Assembly (NCBI GenBank): GCA_902523885.1 | Contig: CABZAV010000001.1 | Span: forward strand, 114,208 to 178,207 | DNA length: 64,000 nt | Reading direction: 5' to 3' | DNA from: an uncultured SAR86 cluster bacterium | Lineage (GTDB): Bacteria > Pseudomonadota > Gammaproteobacteria > Magnimaribacterales > AG-339-G14 | Shown here: piece after piece, positions 51,082 through 62,575 of the stretch | Numbering within the stretch: the stretch's first letter is position 1 | Layout: each line of letters opens with the position of its first letter | Notes under the pieces: model-generated | Told to the model about the DNA's origin: nothing | The model's database searches: none | The model's input: only the letters and a program-made list of their open reading frames with translations | Position numbers and translations under genes: made by a program

Positions 51082-52241
51082 TTTACTTTTAGTAAGTATT
51101 GCGAAACTTCTAATTGACCATTCAAGAAACCTCCTCTGCAGTATGCTAAATACATATCCCAAGTTCTTTTGAATTTTGCATCAAATCCCATTTCTTCTAT
51201 ATCACTCCAAGCGATCTGAAAATTTTCATACCAAGTTTCCAATGTTTTTGCATATGATTTTGCAAAATTAGTAGTTTTTATATTTTCTAAATCAAACTTT
51301 CTTGCTTCATCAACAAACAATTGATCTGATGCTAATTCTCCGCCTGGAAAAATATAAGTCTGAATAAAATCTGGCCATTTGTCATAACCTTCAAAGTAAT
51401 CTTTAGTCATTGTTATTGTTTGAATGACAGCTTTAGCATTTGGTTTGAGGACATTTTGAATTTTTTGAAAATATGAATTCCAATACTCAGAACCAACTGC
51501 CTCAAACATTTCGATAGAGACGACAGCGTCAAATTCCCCCTCAAGCAATCTGTAATCAATTAATTCAATATCCGGAACTGTTTCTAAATTTTCGATCCTA
51601 TCCTTAGCAAATTTGAATTGACTTGGCGAAATAGTTATACCTTTAACTAAATAGCCTTCCTTTGATGCATGTTCTAAAAAACCTCCCCAGCCACAACCTA
51701 TTTCTAAGATACGAGATCCAACCGGAAGATCCAAGGTATCTAGAATTAATTGGTATTTAGCTTTTTGGGCTTCTTCAATTGTTTCATTTTGTTCTTTATA
51801 AAAGGCAGAAGAGTAGGTCATGGTTTTATCAAGCCACATAGAATAAAAATCATTTCCTAAGTCATAATGTGCTTCAATATTTTTTTTGCTTCCTGAAATT
51901 GAATTTTTATTTAGTCGGTGTTGAATTTTTGTGAAGATTCTCCCTAAAACTTTTCCGTCAACAATTGTACTTATTGAAGAATAGTTTTTAGTGAGAAATT
52001 CCATTAAAAATATTAAGTTTGAAGTTGACCAATAATTCTTGATATAACCTTCGGTGAAACCAAGACTGCCTCTGGTGAATAAAAGCCAAATACCTTTCCA
52101 AGAAGTAATAACCAAGTCTGCTTTTTCGGATCCTTCTCCAAGTTGAAGCATGGTTTTATTGGGAAAAGTGATTATTAAAAAACCAGATTCTAAATTAACA
52201 ATCCTTTTCTCAAGCCATTTTTTAAAAAATTTAGTCAACAT
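51078..52241 (-). CDS. Cyclopropane-fatty-acyl-phospholipid synthase family methyltransferase (UfaM/UfaA1-like)
   Basis: NIEAHYDLGNDFY, MTYSSA, LEIGCGWGG, SIEMFEAVG, YIFPGG and YLAYC..GF motifs. Confidence 0.92.
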   Translation of the reverse strand: MLTKFFKKWLEKRIVNLESGFLIITFPNKTMLQLGEGSEKADLVITSWKGIWLLFTRGSLGFTEGYIKNYWSTSNLIFLMEFLTKNYSSISTIVDGKVLGRIFTKIQHRLNKNSISGSKKNIEAHYDLGNDFYSMWLDKTMTYSSAFYKEQNETIEEAQKAKYQLILDTLDLPVGSRILEIGCGWGGFLEHASKEGYLVKGITISPSQFKFAKDRIENLETVPDIELIDYRLLEGEFDAVVSIEMFEAVGSEYWNSYFQKIQNVLKPNAKAVIQTITMTKDYFEGYDKWPDFIQTYIFPGGELASDQLFVDEARKFDLENIKTTNFAKSYAKTLETWYENFQIAWSDIEEMGFDAKFKRTWDMYLAYCRGGFLNGQLEVSQYLLKVK

Positions 52242-52962
52242 AACCCTTGCCGTTATGAGCGAACACCTTAACTTTTTTCATCCAAAGGAATAATGCTTGA
52301 AGGTGAATCCTAGCTAAAACTAGAGAAGAATTAATAAAAATTGAAAAGAAAATAAATAATTTATTTTGCCATGAAAAGTTTATTCTTTGCCCGGACAAAT
52401 TAGATAAAATCTCAAGTTCTCCTTTAGGATTGTATTCATTGATCTTTATATCTAATGGATCACCAGAAATTTTAAATTGATAAAGTCCTTGTTTATCGGC
52501 AAAGGGCGATACATACATTTTTTTTTGAATTGGTATCCATTTTTTTCCATCAAGAATATTTAGTGAGTCATGGACGTAATAAATTTGCCTTTCATGAAAG
52601 GTATTTGTTACTTCAGCTACCATCATTAAATCATTTTCATTTTTTTTTAAAAACCAAAAACATACAGGGTTGAAAGTTTTGAGAAAATGAAAGTCAGGAG
52701 TCTTTAAAAGATTTATTTTTAGATTTTTCTTCGAGATATTATTTTCTTTAATGTATTTAAGAATATTATTTAAAATCTTTTTTGAATCGTCATTTTTTAA
52801 AAAAGAAAAATTAAAGAAAGTAGATTCAATATGATCGACCTTGTCTTCTTGAAAATCATAAATATTTTCTAGAAAGATACTTCGATAGGGATAGTCAAAA
52901 CCATGTTTTTTTGATTTGACTCTTTTATGAGAAACAATTCCTTTAAAAAAATATTTTTTCAT
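52231..52962 (-). CDS. DUF1365 family protein (UfaO-like)
   Basis: G.VSHKR...H.F.Y, FNPVCFW, AEVTNTF.ERQ.Y, K.MYVSPF and IHLQAL.LW.K motifs. Confidence 0.88.
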   Translation of the reverse strand: MKKYFFKGIVSHKRVKSKKHGFDYPYRSIFLENIYDFQEDKVDHIESTFFNFSFLKNDDSKKILNNILKYIKENNISKKNLKINLLKTPDFHFLKTFNPVCFWFLKKNENDLMMVAEVTNTFHERQIYYVHDSLNILDGKKWIPIQKKMYVSPFADKQGLYQFKISGDPLDIKINEYNPKGELEILSNLSGQRINFSWQNKLFIFFSIFINSSLVLARIHLQALFLWMKKVKVFAHNGKGYVD

Positions 52963-54152
52963 ATATCTCTACTATTAATGAGCTCGCAGATTGCTTGTGA
53001 AGATTTTATGCCATCTTCATGAAAACCGTAACCCAAATAAGCACCCGTAAAATAAGTATTTTTTTCAGATTGGATTTCTTTAAATTTCTTTTGACCCCTT
53101 AGAGCTTTAAAATCAAATATTGGATGTTCGTATTCCATCTCGTTAAAGATTAAATTAGGTTTAGGAAAATCTCCTAAGGTGACAAAAATATTTTTGCTAG
53201 TATTAATTTTTTGAAGATTATTCATCCAGTAAGTAACGTATTCGTAATTTTCGTCCTTGTACACATTCCAAGAACACCATTGTTTTTTATCCTTTGGCAT
53301 TAAACTTTCATCTCCATGCAAAATAGTTATATTTTTTTGATATTTGATTGAATCAATAGCATTTTTTTCTTTCTCATTTAAATCATCAATGCATTCCACT
53401 ATCTGATTTGGGTGATTTGCCATTATCAGTAAATCGAATTCATATGATTCATCTTTATTCGAAATGAATATTTTATTGTCGGATCTATTAATTTTGACTT
53501 CTGAATTAAGCCTTACATCAAAGACTTTTAAATCCAATAATTTCTCAACGTAAGTATTACTTCCTCCCAAAACCGAATACCACTGCGGACGGTCATAAAG
53601 ATTTAATAAACCATGATTATTCAAGAAATTATTCATTGATTCGGCTGGGTAGTTTCTTATCTCTTTGGAAGTGGAAGACCAAATTGCTGAAGTCATGGGA
53701 AGCAAGTAACTTTCAACAAAAAGATTAGAGAATTTAGAGGTTTTTAGCCACTTACCAATATTTTCTTTGCTTTTGAGATTTTTAGCTAAAAAATTAAATC
53801 TCACAATATCGATCAGTAGCTTTATTTTTTTTAAATTTGTTAGAAAAGAAAAATTAAAAAACTCTTTAGAATTCCAAATTAGGAATTTTGAATTTACTGA
53901 AAAAGACATCTCTGTTTGATATAAATCAATGTCAATTTCATTAAAAAATTCCATTAGATTTTTATAATTCTTATCATTAAGTACAATAAATCCTGAATCA
54001 ACCTTTATTAAGTTTTCAAGTTCTAGTTGATGAGTATGGGTATGACCACCCAATCTGTCAGAGTTTTCAAAAATAGTTACTTCGTGATTTTTGCCTAAAA
54101 AGTAAGCGGCAGACAATCCACTAATTCCCGAGCCAATAACAGCAATTCGCAT
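52959..54152 (-). CDS. FAD-dependent oxidoreductase, amine-oxidase family (UfaD-like)
   Basis: IAVIGSGISGL, RLGGHTHT, VDSGFIVLN..NY, AIWS, WCSWN, YWMNNLQ and GYGFHEDG motifs. Start at ATG 54152. Confidence 0.9.
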   Translation of the reverse strand: MRIAVIGSGISGLSAAYFLGKNHEVTIFENSDRLGGHTHTHQLELENLIKVDSGFIVLNDKNYKNLMEFFNEIDIDLYQTEMSFSVNSKFLIWNSKEFFNFSFLTNLKKIKLLIDIVRFNFLAKNLKSKENIGKWLKTSKFSNLFVESYLLPMTSAIWSSTSKEIRNYPAESMNNFLNNHGLLNLYDRPQWYSVLGGSNTYVEKLLDLKVFDVRLNSEVKINRSDNKIFISNKDESYEFDLLIMANHPNQIVECIDDLNEKEKNAIDSIKYQKNITILHGDESLMPKDKKQWCSWNVYKDENYEYVTYWMNNLQKINTSKNIFVTLGDFPKPNLIFNEMEYEHPIFDFKALRGQKKFKEIQSEKNTYFTGAYLGYGFHEDGIKSSQAICELINSRDI

Positions 54153-54237
54153 GAGACACATTTTAGGTCATTTATCTGTTTATATAAGGAATAAAAATAG
54201 AAGAGATTTATGTTTTTAATATATAATTCTTCGCCTT

Positions 54238-54313
54238 GGGGCTATAGCTCAGCTGGGAGAGCGCCTGATTTGCATTCAGGAGGTCCGCGGTTCGATCCCG
54301 CGTAGCTCCACCA
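54238..54313 (+). tRNA. tRNA-Ala (TGC)
   Basis: GGGGCTA/TAGCTCC acceptor stem with G3:U70, anticodon arm CCTGA-TTTGCAT-TCAGG, GTTCGAT, encoded CCA; TATAAT at 54222-54227. Confidence 0.97.
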
Positions 54314-54318
54314 ATTCC

Positions 54319-55617
54319 TTACAAAAAAATAAACTTTGATATAAAAATTAAGGTAAGAAACCAGGCTCCAGAAGAAATTTTAGTTATTTCTCCATTGCCT
54401 ACTTTTAAAACGACATAAGACAGAAATCCCAAAGCTATTCCATCTGCTATGGAAAAAGTTAGGGGAATCATCACAATAATGATTAGCGCAGGTAATAAGT
54501 CGACCAAATTTGACCAGTTTAATTTTTCCATTCCGCTCATCATTAAAATAGCCACATAAATTAAAGCTCCTGCAGTTGCATAAGCCGGAACAATTAGTGC
54601 TAGGGGAGAGAGAAATATTGCCAATAAAAAAAACAATCCTATGAAAACAGCAGTAAGACCGGTCCGTCCGCCTGCCTCTACACCGGCAGAACTTTCCACG
54701 TAACTTGTCACAGGAGAGCATCCCACAAGTGCACCTAAAAAACTTGCACTGCTGTCTGCTTTCAAAGCTTTATCGAAATTACTTGCATCTCCAGAATCAT
54801 TAGTAAGATTTGCTCTGTCAGCTACTCCCAAAAGAGTTCCTGTTGTGTCAAAAAGATTAACAAATAAAAAAGACATGATAATGGTTATCATCGTCAAATC
54901 CAACGCACCTAAAATATCAAGTTTTAATAGGACTGGATCTATTGATGGCGGCATAGAAACTACGCCATTAAATTGAACTAAATCTAATAATAGGGCAGAT
55001 AGCGTAACAGCAAGTACGCCTAATAAAATTGCACCTGGAATTTTTCTAATTGCTAAAACAGAAATCAAAATAAAACCTAAAGCAGCTAACAACGTTTCAA
55101 TACTTGAAAAATCTCCTAATTTTAAAAAAGTCGCATCATTGCTAATAATAATGCCACCATTTTTGAGACCAATGAATCCAATGAAAAGTCCAACACCAGA
55201 ACCCATTGCAATTCTTAAATTCAACGGAATACTTTCAATCATCCAACTTCTTAATCCTGTTATGCTCATTAAGAAAAATAAAACTCCAGCTAAAAAAACA
55301 GCTCCAAGAGCCACTTCCCATGCATAGCCCATTTCACCAACTACGGTAAAAGTAAAAAATGCGTTTAAACCCATTCCAGGAGCCAAGCCAACTGGCCAAT
55401 TTGCGAACAATCCCATAAGAATGCAGGCCAGCGCAGCGGCAAGGCAGGTTCCTACAAAAACAGCTCCTTGGTCCATTCCGGTAAGCGACATTATTTGAGG
55501 ATTGACAAAAATAATGTATGCCATAGTTATGAAAGAGGTGAATCCACCTAAAAATTCACTTTTTAAATTAGTTTTATTTTCTTTAAGCTTGAAAATATTC
55601 TCTAATAAGCTATTCAT
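54319..55617 (-). CDS. NCS2 family permease, AzgA-type (adenine/guanine/hypoxanthine)
   Basis: TMAYIIFVNP, APGMGLNAFF, LFDTTGT, YVES.AGVEAGGRTGL and PLTFSIADG motifs. Confidence 0.93.
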   Translation of the reverse strand: MNSLLENIFKLKENKTNLKSEFLGGFTSFITMAYIIFVNPQIMSLTGMDQGAVFVGTCLAAALACILMGLFANWPVGLAPGMGLNAFFTFTVVGEMGYAWEVALGAVFLAGVLFFLMSITGLRSWMIESIPLNLRIAMGSGVGLFIGFIGLKNGGIIISNDATFLKLGDFSSIETLLAALGFILISVLAIRKIPGAILLGVLAVTLSALLLDLVQFNGVVSMPPSIDPVLLKLDILGALDLTMITIIMSFLFVNLFDTTGTLLGVADRANLTNDSGDASNFDKALKADSSASFLGALVGCSPVTSYVESSAGVEAGGRTGLTAVFIGLFFLLAIFLSPLALIVPAYATAGALIYVAILMMSGMEKLNWSNLVDLLPALIIIVMIPLTFSIADGIALGFLSYVVLKVGNGEITKISSGAWFLTLIFISKFIFL

Positions 55618-55722
55618 TTTCTTTCCAAGTATACCTTTTGTATTGAATCATTAAGGATTTCGATTATAAGATTTTTAAATAAAATATTTTGCACTTTCAT
55701 TTAACAAAAAAATATTATTTTT

Positions 55723-55739
55723 TGCATAAAAACAGTGCA
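55723..55739. promoter_or_regulatory. NtrC-like palindromic operator candidate
   Basis: TGCAT-AAAAACA-GTGCA matches TGCAY-N7-GTGCA; a second TGCAC half-site lies 33 bp upstream at 55690. Confidence 0.4.
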
Positions 55740-55829
55740 TTTATGAAAAAATGAGTAAATTTTCTTTCGCAAATTGGATAATTAAACGTGACATAATTAA
55801 ATTAGGAGAAAGTCTTCAAAACTAAAATT

Positions 55830-58244
55830 ATGAAACAAATTAAACTAATTAAAAACTTAGCTTTTATAGCTATTTTATCAATCTTCACTCCTTCAATTCT
55901 GTCTCAAAGCGATGGTTTTTTTGAAGATGTAGTCGTAACCGCTGAAAAGAGAAACGAAAGTCTTCAAAGCGTTTCGCAAGCAGTAACTGCTTTAACATCT
56001 GCCGAAATAGAGACCAAGGGAATAGAATCAATCGTCGATTTAACTTCAATTGTTCCTGGCGTAACAGTTGCGAAAAACGAAGGTTATAAAACTATTATAT
56101 CCATAAGAGGTATTGGTAATGAAACAAATCAAAATGCAATTGCTGCACCATCGGTTGCTTATCATATTGATGGCATATTTGTTGCCTCACCTTTTGCCCT
56201 TCAAACCGATTTTATAGGTATTGATCGGATAGAAGTTTTGAGAGGACCTCAAGGCACTTTATTCGGTCAGAACTCCACAGGTGGGGCTATAAATGTGATA
56301 ACTAAAACACCTTCATTAACTGATTCTTCTAGTTCCGCTTCATTAACATTAGGGGAGTACGAACTTAATAAATTTACTGGTTATATGAGCGGGCCTATAT
56401 CTGAGAATGCAGCTCTCAGTTTTTCTTTTATAAATACTAAAAGAGATGGATTTTCAACAAATTTATTTAATGGCCAAGATTTAGACGATGATGATAGTTA
56501 TAGCATTAGAAATGATCTTTTCGTTGAACTTGATGATACTTCTTCTTTGAGATTTTTTGGACAATATGCCAACGTAGATAGTAATGGTTCTGCCATGAAA
56601 GGGATAGATGATACTACTGTTGGTGCAAGAAATTTAAGACAAGATACAGCCTCTAAATTAAAGCTTACTTCCTCCGTTATTGCGGGCATTTATGAGAAGG
56701 ACTTAGGATTTGCAACTTTAAAAATTTCAGCAAGCACTCAAAGTGATGATATTTTTGTTGAAAGAGATAATGATCGACACGTATACGGAACACCTGCACC
56801 TTCAATACCAGGTGACAGCTTAAATACTCAAGCTGATACTTACACAAGAGCAGAATTTTTACCTGAAATTTCTGAAGTTGATTCGGAAACCTTTGAATTC
56901 AACTTGGTTTCCAATGAGCCAATTATGGATGGAAAGCTTGATTGGGCAGTTGGTGCTTTCTACATGAATCAGGATATAAAAAATATCATTAGAGAGTATT
57001 TAGATAAAGGTGCAAATACTATCCCAAGTAGTCCAGCGAACGTTATTATGTATGAGTGTGGTAGTGTTTATGCTTTAGCTGCTCCTAATTGTTTTGATCC
57101 AGCTACCGGAGATCCTTATGTAGCTGATTTAGGTTTTGTTACGGATGCTTTACCAACGAGGGAATCAAAATCAATTTACGCACAAACAACTTATAGCTTT
57201 GATGAATCTTTAAGGCTTATTTCAGGTTTTAGATGGACCGAAGATATTTTTGAATCTCTCGTTTCAAATTTTTATGGCGCTGAAACGCCGCCTTTATTAA
57301 CAAATAAAGATCTAGATAATGACGAAGTAACTGGAAAGATTACGTTGGAGTATGATGTAGATTCGGATACTATGGTTTACTTGTCTCAAACAAGGGGTTT
57401 TAAACCTGGCGGCTCCAATTTAACTTTTGGCCGAACAAAAGCAGGAGATGCTTCAAGAAATGCATTTATGGTCTCCATTAATCAGGGTTTCTTATCAGCG
57501 GATCTTATAGATCCAATGGTATTGCCAACCTATGGACCTGAAATTCTAGATGCTACGGAAATAGGAATCAAAACAGATTTTCTTGATGGCCGCGCTAGAG
57601 CAAACATTGCTATTTTTGATTATTCTTATGAAGATCTCCAAATTCAGGCAACAGATCCAGATATATATAGAGGTGGAGTTGTAAATTTACCCGAATCGGA
57701 AGTTCAAGGACTTGAAATTGAATTTACGGCTTCATTATCTGATTCTCTAATTTTAGATGCTAATTTAGCTTTTCTTGATACCGAAATAACTAAATCGTAT
57801 ATGTATCTTGATAATGTCTTAGCTCAGCAATATACTTTTGGATTTGAGACAGAAAGAGAAGCTGCGGCTCAAGATATAATCGGAAATGAGCTTCCTAAAT
57901 CTCCTAAATTTACTGCCGATGTAAGTTTAATCTATACAGCAGACCTTTCTTCCGGAGATGTCTTCAACTCTGCAATACAATTTGTCAAAAGAGGAAAATT
58001 TTTCCAGAGAGTAGCTAATAATACAAAACACGGTGCTAACGATGTTGTTGATGGATATGATATTTTTAATATTAGGGCTGGAATTGATTATGCTAGCGGT
58101 TGGGGTTTTGACATCATGGTCACAAATGTCGGTGACGAAGATGGCATGAACTCAGCAATGACCGATGTATTTGGTGTGGGTGCAACTGGTAGAGAACTCA
58201 TTCCACCAAGGCAAATTATGACAAAAATAAGTTATGATTTTTAA
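55830..58244 (+). CDS. TonB-dependent outer-membrane receptor
   Basis: Signal peptide, TonB-box-like EDVVVTAEKR, plug motif IEVLRGPQGTLFGQN.TGGAIN, and C-terminal YDF. Confidence 0.95.
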   Translation: MKQIKLIKNLAFIAILSIFTPSILSQSDGFFEDVVVTAEKRNESLQSVSQAVTALTSAEIETKGIESIVDLTSIVPGVTVAKNEGYKTIISIRGIGNETNQNAIAAPSVAYHIDGIFVASPFALQTDFIGIDRIEVLRGPQGTLFGQNSTGGAINVITKTPSLTDSSSSASLTLGEYELNKFTGYMSGPISENAALSFSFINTKRDGFSTNLFNGQDLDDDDSYSIRNDLFVELDDTSSLRFFGQYANVDSNGSAMKGIDDTTVGARNLRQDTASKLKLTSSVIAGIYEKDLGFATLKISASTQSDDIFVERDNDRHVYGTPAPSIPGDSLNTQADTYTRAEFLPEISEVDSETFEFNLVSNEPIMDGKLDWAVGAFYMNQDIKNIIREYLDKGANTIPSSPANVIMYECGSVYALAAPNCFDPATGDPYVADLGFVTDALPTRESKSIYAQTTYSFDESLRLISGFRWTEDIFESLVSNFYGAETPPLLTNKDLDNDEVTGKITLEYDVDSDTMVYLSQTRGFKPGGSNLTFGRTKAGDASRNAFMVSINQGFLSADLIDPMVLPTYGPEILDATEIGIKTDFLDGRARANIAIFDYSYEDLQIQATDPDIYRGGVVNLPESEVQGLEIEFTASLSDSLILDANLAFLDTEITKSYMYLDNVLAQQYTFGFETEREAAAQDIIGNELPKSPKFTADVSLIYTADLSSGDVFNSAIQFVKRGKFFQRVANNTKHGANDVVDGYDIFNIRAGIDYASGWGFDIMVTNVGDEDGMNSAMTDVFGVGATGRELIPPRQIMTKISYDF

Positions 58245-58305
58245 TTGAAATCTTAGATTTTAATTAATTAAATAAATAGGCTTTTCCTTTATGATGCAAT
58301 AAATA

Positions 58306-58869
58306 ATGGAAAAGCTATTTATTAAAGCAAACGAATTATTAGAAGATTCCTTCAATCTCGCTTGGAAAATATACGAAAGTGGTTACAAACCTAACTATAT
58401 TGTTGGTGTTTGGAGAGGCGGGGCTCCCGTTGGGATTGCCGTACAAGAATTTTTAAATGTGCTGGGTATTAAATCTGATCATATCGCAATAAGAACTTCT
58501 TATTACTCGGGAATAGATGAGCGAAAAGCTAACGTTCAAGTTTACGGTTTGAATTACATCATAAATAGAGTTAAGGCAGAGGATAAACTTTTAGTTGTCG
58601 ACGATGTGCATGATACCGGTAATTCGATTAACCAAATAATCTTAGATCTCAGAGAAGCATGCAATAAGAATACTCCAGATATTAAGGTTGCAACTCCTTA
58701 CTTTAAACCTAATAAAAACCAAACAGACAGAAAACCTGATTTTTTCATTCATAAAACCGATCAATGGCTTATATTTCCTCATGAACTTGAAGGATTAACT
58801 TTTGAAGATATAAAAGAAAACAAGCCCGAATTAAAAAATCTTATAGAGCAAATTAAATCTAAAATTTAG
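58306..58869 (+). CDS. Purine phosphoribosyltransferase (Gpt/Hpt-like)
   Basis: VGVWRGG, PRPP loop LLVVDDVHDTG, and W.IFPHE motif. Confidence 0.85.
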   Translation: MEKLFIKANELLEDSFNLAWKIYESGYKPNYIVGVWRGGAPVGIAVQEFLNVLGIKSDHIAIRTSYYSGIDERKANVQVYGLNYIINRVKAEDKLLVVDDVHDTGNSINQIILDLREACNKNTPDIKVATPYFKPNKNQTDRKPDFFIHKTDQWLIFPHELEGLTFEDIKENKPELKNLIEQIKSKI

Positions 58870-58887
58870 TTAGATTAAATGAATAAA

Positions 58888-59304
58888 TTAAGCAGTCACC
58901 CGAGGCTGAGAATTCCAACTATAGAGTAAAGCGTAAAACCAAAAACCATTCATCAAAGGTTCAATAATGGCGTCAATGGCCGCTAAGCTCAAATCAACTC
59001 CGATTATAAAAAAGCTCCAAGAAGTAGCAATTAAAAAATGTCCGGTAGTATAAACCACAGCAAGAAGGGCAGGTTTAAGCTTATCGTGAGCGTATTTATG
59101 TAGCAAGAAGAACCAAAAGCCATTAATTATCGGCTCTATTATTGCGTCAGCTGATGCCAATAAAAAGCTTGTTTGAAATATAATTGCTGCACAAGCCCAT
59201 GCAATAACTACATGTCCAACTGTATAGACAATTGAAAGACCAAAGCTGCTCAAAGAGTGAATTAAAGTATTCACTCTACTCAGTTTTATAACCAAACTTT
59301 TCAT
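58888..59304 (-). CDS. Membrane protein with two tandem DUF2061-like repeats
   Basis: Internal duplication: YTVGHVVIA...DAIIEPIINGFWF and YTTGHFLIA...DAIIEPLMNGFWF. Confidence 0.78.
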   Translation of the reverse strand: MKSLVIKLSRVNTLIHSLSSFGLSIVYTVGHVVIAWACAAIIFQTSFLLASADAIIEPIINGFWFFLLHKYAHDKLKPALLAVVYTTGHFLIATSWSFFIIGVDLSLAAIDAIIEPLMNGFWFYALLYSWNSQPRVTA

Positions 59305-59400
59305 ATTAAATATTTAAACATTTTGTAAAAAAGATACAAGATCAAAAAGGGTGCATTTAAAATAATTATTTAATTATTATTTAAAATTATTTAATAAATT

Positions 59401-60291
59401 TTAGATCTTAGAGAGCCTTTTTTTAAAAATTGAAATTAACTCTTCTACTTTCTTTAATCCCGTATAAGTTGGCCTTATGATGACTGCCAGCTCTCTATGG
59501 GGACCTGGTTCATCCAGTTTAGTTTTTACTAAATTAGGAATTGTATCTACAGCTTGGTTAATAGCTAATTTAGGTACCAATGTTTTTCCCATTTTTCCTG
59601 CAACCAATTGAATTAATGTGCTCATGGAGGAAGACTCCATAGCAAATCTTTTTTTAGGAGATATTTTGCATGCTGAAAGAATATGTTTTTTTAAACAATG
59701 CCCATCTTCAAGAAGAAGCAAATTTGTTGAGTCAATATTTTTAGCTTTTATCTTTTTTCCATAATGAGGAAGCTCATCTTTATGAGAAATTAAGTAAAGA
59801 TTTTCTTCCCAAAACTTTAAGGCTAGCAAACCTTTCACATCAAACGGCAATGCCAAGATGGCCATATCAATTTCACCCTCCTTAACTTTATTCACTAATT
59901 GATTTGACTGAGCTTCTATAATTTTTAAATTTAAATTTGGAAATCTTTTATTTAACTCTGGCAGCACCAAGGGAAGAAAGTAAGGACCTACAGTAGGAAT
60001 AATTCCTAGTGAAATAGAAGAGTTTGCAATTGAGTTACTTTCGCTTAGATTATAAATATCTTGCATTTGAATTTTAACTTCTTTTGCTTTTTTTAAAATT
60101 TTTTCTCCAGATTTTGTAACTATTACTTTTTTGTTATCTCTCTCAAAAATTTGGGTCCCTAGTTGTATTTCCATCTCGTTAATTGCATTACTTAAAGTAG
60201 AAGGTGAAACAAAACATTCGTCTGCTGCCTTTTTAAAATGCAGATTTTTTTGAACGCTTAATGCGTAATTTATTTGTTTGAGAGTAATCAT
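59401..60291 (-). CDS. oxyR: Hydrogen peroxide-inducible LysR regulator OxyR
   Basis: LysR HTH, GIIPTVGPYFLP, and LLEDGHCLKKHILSAC (redox Cys pair with CX8C spacing); divergent from katG. Start likely 60291. Confidence 0.92.
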   Translation of the reverse strand: MITLKQINYALSVQKNLHFKKAADECFVSPSTLSNAINEMEIQLGTQIFERDNKKVIVTKSGEKILKKAKEVKIQMQDIYNLSESNSIANSSISLGIIPTVGPYFLPLVLPELNKRFPNLNLKIIEAQSNQLVNKVKEGEIDMAILALPFDVKGLLALKFWEENLYLISHKDELPHYGKKIKAKNIDSTNLLLLEDGHCLKKHILSACKISPKKRFAMESSSMSTLIQLVAGKMGKTLVPKLAINQAVDTIPNLVKTKLDEPGPHRELAVIIRPTYTGLKKVEELISIFKKRLSKI

Positions 60292-60392
60292 TTGATGTTC
60301 ATTATAATCGAATATAAAATTCATTTTAAGTATATTTAGTAAATATAAAAAGAATGCTAAATTTTATTTAAATAAATAATTTGGAGTTATAA

Positions 60393-62534
<2,142 letters not shown>

Positions 62535-62575
62535 GATTATCTATTAAATAGATAATTAGAAGGGAGATTAATAAG

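Noticed and set aside
54153-54237. SigmaE-ChrR type promoter for the putative furan fatty acid operon
   Set aside because: There is no TGATCC-like -35 on the minus strand; only a sigma70-like TAAAAT is visible.
55618-55829. Purine, cobalamin or TPP riboswitch upstream of the permease or TBDR
   Set aside because: The spacer is very AT-rich with no recognisable aptamer core or stable multi-stem structure. An Infernal/Rfam scan would settle it.
59355-59402. GC-free tract with AATTATTTA-like repeats as a replication origin or CRISPR element
   Set aside because: It is short and low-complexity, with no DnaA boxes, no repeat-spacer periodicity and no cas genes.
60292-60392. Exact OxyR binding site between oxyR and katG
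   Set aside because: A site is expected, but I could not fit the ATAG-N7-CTAT-N7-ATAG-N7-CTAT pattern convincingly in this AT-rich spacer.
62536-62556. Inverted repeat ATTATCTAT-TAA-ATAGATAAT after katG as an intrinsic terminator
   Set aside because: The stem is almost entirely AT and has no U-tract, so it is too weak to call, although it could be a protein-binding site.
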